A stretch of DNA of 64,000 nucleotides. Source: an uncultured Candidatus Peribacteria bacterium (GTDB lineage: Bacteria > Patescibacteriota > Gracilibacteria > Absconditabacterales > Absconditicoccaceae). Below are positions 47,696 to 57,612 of the stretch, piece by piece. A program made the position numbers and the translations under genes. Location: positions 69,834 through 133,833 of the forward strand of contig CAYOFF010000001.1 in NCBI GenBank assembly GCA_964403415.1. The letters run 5' to 3'. The stretch's first letter is position 1, and each line of letters starts with the position of its first letter. The notes below the pieces were generated by a model. That model saw only the letters and a program-made list of their open reading frames with translations. It did not search any database and was not told the DNA's origin.

Positions 47696-47744
47696 TTTAC
47701 AGTTTTTTTACAGAAATTTTACAGCGTTTTACAGTTTTTTTACA
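47696..47744 (+). repeat. Second phased TTTACA array (5 copies, same orientation as the large array)
   Basis: TTTACA starts at 47696, 47707, 47718, 47728 and 47739 (spacing 11,11,10,11). Degenerate TTGTACA/TTGTCCA/TTGTCTA copies at about 47660-47690 keep the same period. Confidence 0.85.
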
Positions 47745-47752
47745 CTTTAAGG

Positions 47753-48961
47753 TTACGCTATCACATTTGGCAACACTTGAATGACTACGGATTTGGAATA
47801 GAATCTTCCAACCAATGATACCATGTAATCGCTTGGCACAAGATGGATCTTGACACATTTTTGAAGGATTCTTCTAATAACACACAGTGATTGATATTTA
47901 CACCATAGTATTGGACGTCGATATCGCGATTTTTTTGATGCCCCGAAAAACCCTTCAAATCAAACCGGGTAATGCAATTGATCCTCTTCATATACTAGAG
48001 AGGGGAATGGATGAAATAATCAAAAATCATGATACATGATCATATGTATGCATTTTCTGCGTGTACCAACCCATAAGGGCAGCCAACCCAAATACCTATG
48101 AACACTGTTTCGGTAAATAATATCTGGTCTACAACGAACTATTTCGAGATATAGGCGCAGAGCCTCCCAAACATTACATACTGTTGCAAGCAGCCCAATC
48201 TTTCTCACACCCCCCCCATATAGATTCCCACCAAAGATACTTGCCTCGTATCCTTCCTCATTTAACATATCTTTTACTTCGTAGACATGACTTTCAATTC
48301 ATGCTATTTTTGTTGCATAGTCCGAAACGATAAGTATGCGATTAATATCATTAACAGATTTGGAAGCACTCAAAATGTTTGAAAAATTGGCTTTCCGCTC
48401 TTTACGCGAGTAGCGTAGAGCACGTTGTTGCGCTAGTTGGCGGTATCTCAGCGCCATGTCATCATCAAATGCTTCTAGAAAATATTTAATGGCTACAAAA
48501 AGCCTTTCTTCATGTGTAAGACCCTTATAGTTGTCGATAGAGCAGTGTTCGTCCAACAAAAACTGCTGTGTTCATCCTTTATTGAATCCCAACACAGGAA
48601 TACCATGCCGCAAAGCCTCTCCTGAGTTTAGGCCAAATGTTTCCAGGAATAACGATGGCATCAGTACTATATCAACCTTTTCACGCTTCATAAATGTAAA
48701 AACATCTCACTTTGGTTGCATACCGTAATACGAAACCTGGAATGATTTTGTCTCCATAATACATAATTCAAGTTCTTTTCTATATGATCAATCAGAGAAA
48801 AAACTGAAGCGGCAGCGATCTTCTCACTCCTTAGCAAGACGCTTTATGACTGAAAGCACTAGATCTATACCTTTTTCTTTTTCTAGTCTACTATAAAACA
48901 AAAAATGCACCTGTTTTCACATAAGCCTTAAGACGAGTAAAATCCAAGTACAAATTCTCAT
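47753..48961 (-). CDS. GT4/GT-B glycosyltransferase with swapped domain order: C-terminal Glycos_transf_1-type lobe first, N-terminal lobe second
   Basis: One frame, with TGA only, from ATG 48961 (alternative 48922) to TAA 47755-47753. The first half contains LEKEKGIDLVLSVIKRL...VDIVLMPSLFLETFGLNSGEALRHGIPVL (C-lobe signature). The second half begins NRILIVSDYATKIA[G]IESHVYEVKDMLNEEGYE (typical GT4 N-terminus) and ends ...KIHLVPSDYM.... Confidence 0.6.
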
Positions 48962-49599
48962 TTTAGTGGCAATTTTTCTTGCTCCACCAACACAAGCATC
49001 TCCTCTGCTGAGCCCTGTATTTTTTGTTCAAACATCTTGGAAAGCTCTCTGTGTACAACAATCTTTCCTGTGTACCCTATAGCCAAAAGCTCCTGAAATG
49101 TTTTTTTAACTCTATGTACGGACTCGTAGACAAACACCGGATGCTCATTATTCATTATTCGCTCAAAGAAGCTTTTTCTTCATTTTTTTGCTGGAACAAA
49201 TCCTCCAAACGTAAATATTGAGGTATCACAGGGTGTCCCGACAATAGCAGGTATAAGGGCATTTGCTCATGGTAGTATTTCAAATGGTAGTCAAGATTCT
49301 CGAGCTAGCTTGATGAGCATTTTTCATGGGTCGGAAAGTCATGGAGTTCACGCCTCAGAAATAACGCCACATGATGTCTTTTCGATACACGACACATAAA
49401 AGGCCAATGAGCGATCGTCACTATGACTTGTTAGTGCATAGAATTTTTTATCTTGATAGGGGATATCATACATACGAAACAAATTTTTTACCGTTCTTGT
49501 GTCTTCACAAAAGAATACGTCTAGCTCACGCAAAAGCCTTAACGCCCTCAAGGTAATATCCTCTTTATTGCCAATTGGCGTAGGAATAAACGAGAGCAT
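48928..49599 (-). CDS. rsmI: 16S rRNA (cytidine1402-2'-O)-methyltransferase
   Basis: LSFIPTPIGNKEDITLRALRLL...FCEDTR, ISEA[G]TP[G]LSDP[G], ILP[G]ANAL, FTFGGFVPAKK. ATG 49599-49597. TAA at 48930-48928 after reading through the TGA at 48958. Confidence 0.85.
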
Positions 49600-49648
49600 A
49601 GATTGCCATTATGTGTTGCTAAAGGGTCGCCGCACACCAAAATGTACT

Positions 49649-49722
49649 AGGCACCGATGGGATTCGAACCCATGAACCGAGGTTTTGCAGACCTGTCCGT
49701 TAGACCACTCCGACACGGTGCC
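49649..49722 (-). tRNA. tRNA-Cys (anticodon GCA)
   Basis: Minus strand reads GGCACCGTGTCGGAGTGGTCTAACGGACAGGTCTGCAAAACCTCGGTTCATGGGTTCGAATCCCATCGGTGCCT. CCA is not encoded. One C-C mismatch at the base of the anticodon stem. Confidence 0.8.
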
Positions 49723-49852
49723 ATGGCTTCCACTATAGATATTTACTATGTATATGCAACATACAGCATCACATTTCCTCGCATCCACAATCAATAACTA
49801 TCATAACAACATCTTCTTAAGACATGTCTAGATATCTAGATAATTGGTATAC

Positions 49853-50734
49853 CTAAAGATCACTTCGCAAATACTCTGGATAAACTCACTCCGCCACAAG
49901 TTTTGCGATCAAAGCCTCTACAAATGGCTTATCTTCCTTATATGTCACTCCGCATCGAATATCCTTACTCACCAAGACATCACATTGCACATCTCCTCTG
50001 TTGATAAGTGTGTCAATTACTGTTGGAATAAAGAACTCTTGAGAAGATCCTCATTGAATCCCCGCCAAAAACTCTTGGAACTGCTCTTCTAGATGAGCGA
50101 ATAAGGCTGGGTGACATCATCGGAAATTCATTGAAACAATTTCATCATCTGCAAACATAACCCCCTCCTCATCTCTTATTATTCCGTCGTCATCGCGCTT
50201 AATTTTTAAACATTCTTTTACTGAAGCGAGTATCATGGATCACTGCGTTGAATCACCGATATGACATACTCACCTATTTACCGTGCCCCCTTCTGACAAA
50301 GTATTTTTGAGTGTATATCCTACCATACACATATGATGTTCATCGACTGTCATTAGTTTTTGAGCTATTTGTCTGAATCCATCTACTCCATAATAATCGT
50401 CTGCATTAATAACAGCAAACGGCTCAGATATAACATCTTTTGCGCACAAAATAGCGTGTCCTGTCCCCCATGGCTTGGTGCGTCATTCGGGAATCTGTTG
50501 AAACACATACTGCACCTCCAAAAGACGCGCAAATGTCTCATGAAACCTCTCCTTAAACTCTTGTGCGAATTCCTCACGGATAATAAATACAACCTTCCCA
50601 AATCATGCTCTTACTGCATCATAAACCGCATACTCAAGTAGCGTCTCTCCATGGGGTCAAAACGTATCTAGTTGTTTTATTCATCCATAACGGCTCCCCA
50701 TTCATGCCGCTAAAATTAGTAGCGTAGGCTTCAT
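49853..50734 (-). CDS. Sugar-phosphate nucleotidyltransferase (NTP_transferase fold)
   Basis: MKPTLLILAA[G]MGSRY[G][G]IKQLD (G-rich NTP loop), KPWGTGHAI, FAVINADDYYG. ATG 50734-50732, TAG 49855-49853; all lines checked. Confidence 0.7.
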
Positions 50735-50785
50735 TTTCTATAAATCAATATCTAAAATTAGTTATCAGCAGTATAACTCAACAAA

Positions 50786-51580
50786 TTAATACATCGATGT
50801 TTTCACAATATCTATGTTTGCCTGTAACCGAAGCTCTCTTGTCCCAACATCTCGCATTTTGTATGGGCTTATATATGGAAGACATGTAAAATCCGCAAAG
50901 AGTTTCTTAAATACTAAACCCACATCAAACTCTCCCGATACATCGTCGGGTTGTAGGCTTTTTGTGTACTCAAAAAATGCCTTGGGGAAAATATACACGC
51001 CCGTCATAATTAGGTTGGAGGGAGCATATTCTTTTTTTGGTTTTTCGACCATATCTACTATCACATTATCTACAATTTTCACAACCCCGTATTTTTCAAT
51101 CTCATCGTGAGGCTTCTCTTCTAATGCATATATTGGGTTTCATGTATCAAGATGGAGTTGTATAATTTCCTTGTAGAACTCTGGTTGAAAGAAATTGTCT
51201 CCGAGGGAAACAAGGAAAAACTCTTCATTTACCCGTGCCTCCGCTTGACATGCGGCATGCACCCATCCGAGCTGTTCTTTTTGCTTAATAAACGTCATGT
51301 TTGCAAGATTTTTTGGCTTGTTTATGAGCTCCAGTAGTTCTGTTTTATTTTTCTTTTGGAGCAACATTTCAAGCTCATAGTTTTTATCAAAATAGTCCTC
51401 CAAAGCTCCTTTTCACTGTGATGTAATCATCACTATATCACGTATTCATGCTCATGCTAATCATTCTACAATATACTGTATTACTGGCTTATTTCATACT
51501 GGTAACATCTCTTTTGGAATAGTTTTGGTAATAGGTAACATTCTTGTCCCATACCCTGCCGCAGGAATAATTGCCTTCAT
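50786..51580 (-). CDS. galU: UTP--glucose-1-phosphate uridylyltransferase
   Basis: MKAIIPAAGYGTRMLPITKTIPKEMLPV[G]NKP, EDYFDKNYELE, FIKQKEQLGWVHA, LGDNF, VEKPKKEYAPSNLIMTGVYIF. TAA at 50788-50786. Confidence 0.85.
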
Positions 51581-51583
51581 CTG

Positions 51584-53161
51584 CTACGTATCTATAAAAA
51601 ACTGTTTGGGTCTATACTGTAGAGCCTCTGCCATATGATGCGCATTGATTATAGTAGCTTGCTCAAGATCCGCTATTGTTCTAGCGACCCTCAATAGTTT
51701 GTGCGTGATCCTCGCAGACAGATGTAATCTTTTCGATGCTTCTTTCAATAGCCTTTCTGATTTTTCATCACATTTTACATATGTCCATAGGTTACGTACA
51801 CTTAAATACGCATTTGCATAGATATTTTCACCCTTATATCTTCTTTGCTGAATTTCATATGCCTGTTGTACCGAACTCGCATATTGTTGGTACCTCTCTA
51901 TGGGTGGAGGTCAGAGAAGGACATCTACCTCCTGTCTAGCAACCGACAACAGTAGATCACATCTTTCACGTCGCGGTCACGATACTCTTGCTTGGTACTT
52001 TTTTACTTCATGGGTACTACATACGCATGCGTGCTCTGGATCTCCATAGTATCAACAAGGGCACGCATTCATAGCCGCTATAACCAAACATTGTGTAGGA
52101 TATCTAACAGATCACTGCGCACGGGATATCATAATATATCCGTCCTCTAGTGGTTGCCTTAGTGCTTCTAGTGTTTCTCTATTAAACTCTGGAAGTTCGT
52201 CCAAAAATAAGACTCAATGATGAGCCAAACTCACCTCTCAGGGGAGTAATGATTGTCATCATCACACAATAGCAACTTTTGTGACTGTATGATGCACTTG
52301 TCTAAATGGTCTTCTTGTTATCATCGGGCAGTTTGATGATAACTTTCCTGCGACAGAGTATATTTGACTTACCTCAAGTGTCTGCTCAAACGACAATCAT
52401 GGTAATATACTAGCTACTCACTGTGCTAAAAGCGTTTTTCATGTTCATGGAGGACTTTTTAGGATACAATTATGCGCACCTGCAGCCGCAATTACTAGCG
52501 CTCTTTTTGTCTTCTCATGTCCTTGAATATCAGAAAATGTTATTTGAGTTTGCGAATTTTCATGAGACATACTTACAATTACTGCGTTTTGTGCAACACC
52601 ACCTGTTCTGATTTGATCGTATATACTTACTAATGGGGCTTCTCACCTCAGCATCTGTACAAATGCTTCAAAGTTTTTGTACGCGTATATAGAAATATCT
52701 GGAACGTATTTAATCTCTTCCACATTACCATAGGGCACAAAAAAATGCGTATACCCCTCTCTGCATGCAGACAAAACTGATGGCAATACTCATGAGACCG
52801 GTCTTATCTCACCATCAAGTCATAATTCTCCTATAAAGATACTTGTCGCACAAATCGTTCTTATAGACTGTTCGCACGGGCACAACAGCATAAATAATGC
52901 TGTTGCGAGAGCCAAATCAAATCTTGTTCCTGTTTTCTTGAGATCAGAAGGAGAAAGGTTCAGTATAATCTTACGAGGAGGCATTACTATTCAGATACGT
53001 TTGAACACCGCTCTTATTCTCTCTTTTGATTCTCTAATTGCAGTATCTGGTAGTCATATAATTTCTATACCAGGCAGCGCGCTTGCCTGATCTGCCTCAA
53101 TTTGAACCTCATATCAAACTAGCCCTATATTCATATAGGTTTTTATTTTTGGTATTTGCAT
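51584..53161 (-). CDS. comM: Mg-chelatase-like AAA+ ATPase ComM/YifB
   Basis: Walker A SPP[G]T[G]KT, HH[G][45 protein letters not shown] 53161 (alternative 53134). TAG at 51586-51584, 3 nt before the galU start. Confidence 0.85.
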
Positions 53162-53413
53162 GTATTGAACTAATGAAAAATTATTACACGCCGCCTGCAG
53201 GCAGTTGTGTGTGATGTTTTTTTGTATTTGCAAATTGTCTATATATGGGCAACGACCGTGCACGGAAGAATGAATTGGACCAGTGTTGTACTTTTGTTTT
53301 GTATTTTTGTTTCTTCCCTTTGCCCCTTGAGCATACACAAAAAAAAATTGTCTGCAAGCATGACATTTCTGCTTATTTTAGCCGATATCACATATATCTA
53401 TTTTCCCCTCTTT

Positions 53414-53833
53414 CTAGAAAAGATTTACTACAAGATTTATTATTACATACGCCAGAAGGAACACTCATACACCAACACCAACATATATAATAACCCATAT
53501 TCCTTTTTTAAACTTAGATGCGTCTCCTTGTGCTGTTGCCATAAGATATCCTGCATACAACAAAGCTGCCATAAGAATTGGAGCTAAAATTATCCATAAT
53601 GTTTCATTTGTAAGCTGTATAGCCTTTATCAAACTATCGCTTGCAACATCTGGTGTGATAAATTCTTGATTATTATTTAGTACGTCTGCCTGACCATCTT
53701 TTGGAGGGATTTCAACTCTAATATGCCCATCTCAACCACCTCAGATACCTATATTAAACGCCCCTACCGGCATAGATATGCTAGCCATAGCAAGCGTTAC
53801 CAGTCACAATACGCGTAAGCAGTTATGCCTCAT
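53414..53833 (-). CDS. Small secreted two-TM protein (139 aa), TrbC/VirB2-type 'T4SS pilin'-like
   Basis: Signal peptide MRHNCLRVL[G]LVTLAMASISMPVGA. Two C-terminal hydrophobic helices separated by a short charged loop: LWIILAPILMAALLYAGYLMATAQGDASKFKKGIWVIIYVGVGV[G]VFLLAYVIINLV. Confidence 0.5.
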
Positions 53834-53842
53834 GTCGTAGCA

Positions 53843-54286
53843 TTAGATAAAGTTTTGATTTGTACGGAAGAATGCTGTAATGAGGTATACAATCATCACA
53901 CATAGTAATGCCAGTAGTATACCTGCTAATACGTATCCACCTTGTTTTAGGAGTGTTTTCACTTTACCATCATCTCCTCATGCCATGACAATTCCAATAC
54001 CAACATACATCAGCACTGGCAGCGCCAAAACAATAGTAAGCCTAATCATAAATCTACCAAACCTCACTACTATTGAATCATAATTTCACGCTCATCATCA
54101 ACCTATCTGTACCCCTCACTCAAAAAGATCCGTTGCCTCTTTATCTGTTGCGTAGTCATAATTAAACACCTGTTCGTATGATTTCTTAAGCAAGTCTCTA
54201 CTGTCTGCGTATGTTTTTGGGAGCAATCAAAATATAGCTACCAAAGCGCAAAATACTGTAAATAATCAAAAAATCCGTGTTTTCAT
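53843..54286 (-). CDS. Small secreted two-TM protein (147 aa), paralogous architecture to the gene downstream (T4SS-pilin-like)
   Basis: Signal peptide MKTRIF[G]LFTVFCALVAIF[G]LLPKTYA. C-terminus RLTIVLALPVLMYVGIGIVMA[G]GDDGKVKTLLKQGGYVLAGILLALLCVMIVYLITAFF. Confidence 0.5.
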
Positions 54287-54292
54287 GATATA

Positions 54293-54727
54293 CTAAATAA
54301 GATTAAGAAGATCCTCAGCATCTTTTTTGTCTTTTGATGTGTCTTCATTCTCTTGCTCTTTTATTGTTGCTACTTGCTTTATATATCCAGCTTCTTGTCG
54401 TTTCATGAGGTATTTCTTTTTTATATCCATTTTCTTTTCCTCATACTTTTGCTCTATTTCCTGTAGTTTTGTTTTTTCCTTGATTAAAATTGCCCTTAAT
54501 TTTTCTATTTGCTGTGTATTCATCAGTGGCAGCAGATTGAACCAGTTTTGCTTTTCTTCCTTTGTATCAATAGATTTTGACCTTAGAATCATTTCTACTA
54601 ACTCTGGCGCATCCTCCAAAAACGCCTCTGGTATGAGATACGTTTGAGCAATATCCCATAAGTCTTGTGGGAGGAATTTTTGGACACTACCAGCTACTCA
54701 TTTGGTAGTTTTTCCTTCTCATGCCAT
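54293..54727 (-). CDS. Hypothetical helical protein (144 aa)
   Basis: ATG 54727-54725, TAG 54295-54293. ...SKSIDTKEEKQNWFNLLPLMNTQQIEKLRAILIKEKTKLQEIEQKYEEKK... Confidence 0.5.
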
Positions 54728-54734
54728 TTTTCGT

Positions 54735-54932
54735 CTAGGATGTAGTTAAAGAAAGAAGTTGTTTTTCTAGATCTTGCTCAGCCTGTTTTCACTCTTTCTG
54801 CTGGCTCTTGTCTGCATATTCCTTTATTTTTTCGCCGTTTTGGTATGAATGCTTGAGTTGTCTCACGAGCCTCTTCACTTGCGCCGAAGTGTACTTTTTT
54901 GTAGATGCACGTGATCATATAAGCTCAACCAT
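54735..54932 (-). CDS. Possible small basic protein (65 aa)
   Basis: ATG 54932-54930 to TAG 54737-54735 with two in-frame TGA. Supported only by its position in the co-directional gene string. Confidence 0.25.
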
Positions 54933-55019
54933 CTCTTTGTTGAGAAAACAAAAGCACTATGAGTATACAAATATCTCTTTCGATAGTCAAATTTTATGCA
55001 AGAATAACGTATCTATAGT

Positions 55020-55445
55020 CTATGAAAAGAAGATAACTAGCACACTTACTAGTATTCATACCTTACAAATAAACATTAGGCGCTTATTTGAGGCTATTTT
55101 TGATGGCATTGGCGGTACAATACTTAGAAAATCACTTTTTATGGAGATAAGTGAGCATAAGAAGCGTATATCCTCATATATTCATGCTTGATGCGTCGTA
55201 TATACTGCAATCGGATCGTTTTTCCTTATATCATTCAAAAAAAGGTTTGTGTGAAAAAAAACTATATGCTGAGCCTTTTCGTCCTTATAAATTGCTGTGC
55301 GCGACTCAAAAAAGAGTTTATTTAGGATAGCGAATGCTTGTTCATACCGCATGTATACCTCTTTTTCTCCTATTTTTCTTGCCTCACTACTTCGTTTTAC
55401 GCCAAATAGACATACTATCAGACCTATTATACCTACCAGTAACAT
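55020..55445 (-). CDS. Hypothetical membrane protein (141 aa)
   Basis: MLLVGIIGLIVCLFGVKRS (N-terminal TM helix) and a C-terminal hydrophobic tail ILVSVLVIFFS. Extended through TGA to TAG 55022-55020. Confidence 0.45.
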
Positions 55446-55912
55446 GACGTATCTTCGGGAAGTAAAATCTTAATCACTTTAGGGGTTTTTTGTAGAATTG
55501 GAATGCTATTTCTTCGAAAAATAGGAATCTTTCTATTAATAAATACTTTCTTTAACGATTTTGATCATATTTTTTCTCATAACATTAGACCTCTAACCTC
55601 CCTATATTCACCTAGATTATCTTTTTTTATCCATGGCATACTGCCCACATCTCACCTATTTTCCCAAAACTTCTTTTGTGCTCTTATTAGATAACATTTT
55701 CCATGTGACTTAAAAAAATATATACCCTTTATGTATATATGTCATGATGTTTTCTTGTTTTCGAAAAACGAAGCAACAACCCCCAATTGCTTAGCATACC
55801 ATCAAAATTGACGATGTAATTCAAAAAGTACTGAATATACACCTCCTACTGATGTATCATGCAGTAATACATATTCCTCACAGTCTCATCGTATGGGAGA
55901 TGGCTGTAGAAC

Positions 55913-56689
55913 ACTATAAGACAGTAGCTTTTCCGTCGAATACTCCACATGAGATAAAGCGCTATATAATTCTAAAAATCATGCACCTAAATTTCACATG
56001 TATTCTACCTTATCTCATCCTTTGTTTCATGTGTCTTGTATACATTTTCTTATGTAATTCCTTAATGAAACACTACTATCTGTATTAGTCTTGTCTATGA
56101 CATATGGTATCTTGAGCCATTCTACGCAGTCCATGATAACATGTTTTTGGAGTCTCAGTAATGGACGATAGTGTATATATCATTTCTTTTTTTGGAACAT
56201 TCTCATGTTTTGCATTCACAAACGCGAAGCTCAACGCAAAAGATGTAATAGCGTTGTCTCAATACGGTCATCCAAATGATGTCATGTACAAATAACCGTA
56301 TTTTCTCCTAATCTTTTGGCAATAGACTCCAAAAAACAATACCTACTCTCCCTTAATCACGCCTCATTCTCTATTCATTTGAAGCGACACGCTCAAATAT
56401 ACTGCATTCCCTGAGCACAATTTCTTACTAGAAGCTCATCATCTCAGGCTTCTTCTCTCACGTTGTGATGATAGTGTACAACAAAAAGTTTTGATAGATC
56501 ACCACTTCTTTTCTCTACAAAACTTCTCAATATCCATAACAAAAACATACTATCTGCTCCACCAGAGACCGCAACTATAATATTTTTCTCTATAATTCTG
56601 TATGTATCACATAATTCCCATATCCTCTCACAGAGGTTGGATATGCTCAGATTGTTTTTTGTGGTGGTATCAGTATTATTTGTTATCAT
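55913..56689 (-). CDS. tilS: tRNA(Ile)-lysidine synthase (short form, PP-loop domain)
   Basis: PP-loop IIVAVSGGADSMFLL, VVHYHHNVRE, T[G]HHLDDRIETTLLHLLR[G], YRPLLRL, DKTNTD...LRNYIR. TAG at 55915-55913. Confidence 0.8.
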
Positions 56690-56708
56690 TTATTGTCAAT
56701 AGCATCAA

Positions 56709-57194
56709 ATGAAAGATTATAAATTCTCTATAAAAGTCTCTGATCTTTTGCGCCATCCTTGAACAACTGATACCCTACAGTTACATAACAAATTTTCAAC
56801 AATTCTTCCACTAATTGAGGTCCCTTGAATACAAGCTATTGTAGAACTTGTATGATTAGACAACAAAACAGTGCTTCTTACCATCGTTTCTGCATCATGT
56901 ACTGTTTGATCTACCTGCGATAGGTGTGGCACAGAATTTCAAGAAACCCTTTCTGTAAGCTCAATTATCGTGAAATGCTTTTTGGAAGAGGAAAGTAGTC
57001 AAAATTCTTTTGAATGAGATGATATTATTGTCATATCCAAAAAAGATGAAACCATAGATATTGAGCATGTTATTGTTGAGGCTTTAGTTCTCCAAAAAAG
57101 TGTTAAAAGTTTGTGTAGTGAGTGTCAAGCTGTGTCTACTAATGATAGTGATGATGAAGCCGAAACCACGTGAGTAATAAAACGAGTAGAGTAA
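56709..57194 (+). CDS. YceD/DUF177 family protein
   Basis: 161 aa with paired Cys motifs TCDRCGTEF and LCSECQA and an acidic tail. TAA at 57192-57194. Confidence 0.6.
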
Positions 57195-57267
57195 TTTTGA
57201 CAGTGTTTTTGTATTATTGTTATTATTATATTTTAAATATATAGTATTTATAATAAGGCTGATCATA

Positions 57268-57555
57268 ATGGATATTCTTTTAACAATTGTTTTGATATAT
57301 ATTCTTGGGATAAACATCTTTACGTTTTTTTTGTTCTGATTTGATAAGATAAAAGCTATTCGTATTTGATATCGTGTTTCTGAAGATAGTTTGTTAAAAT
57401 ATTGTTCTCGGGGATGAAGTTTGTGAGGCTTCATAGGTATGCTTGTTTTTCATCACAAGGTGCAAAAACCATCCTTCCAAAAAAGGTTTTATGTGCTCTT
57501 TGCTATTCAGGCAGTCTGAGTGCTTGCTTTCGTCTTGTTGCGATCTTTTATGTAG
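57268..57555 (+). CDS. DUF1294-family small membrane protein
   Basis: NIFTFFLF[G]FDKIKAIRI[G]YRVSEDSLL...[G][G]SL[G]GFIGMLVFHHKVQKPSF matches the DUF1294 pattern. TAG at 57553-57555. Confidence 0.6.
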
Positions 57556-57612
57556 TTTTTGGGAGTATTTTTCTGTACATCTAGCGTGCAATTTATTTCC
57601 TATACCACACCC

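Noticed and set aside
55446-55912. A 70-codon basic minus-strand ORF and other short ORFs in the tilS-downstream gap.
   Set aside because: There is no motif, the composition is AT-rich and the overlap with the next start is untested. That is too weak to call a gene.
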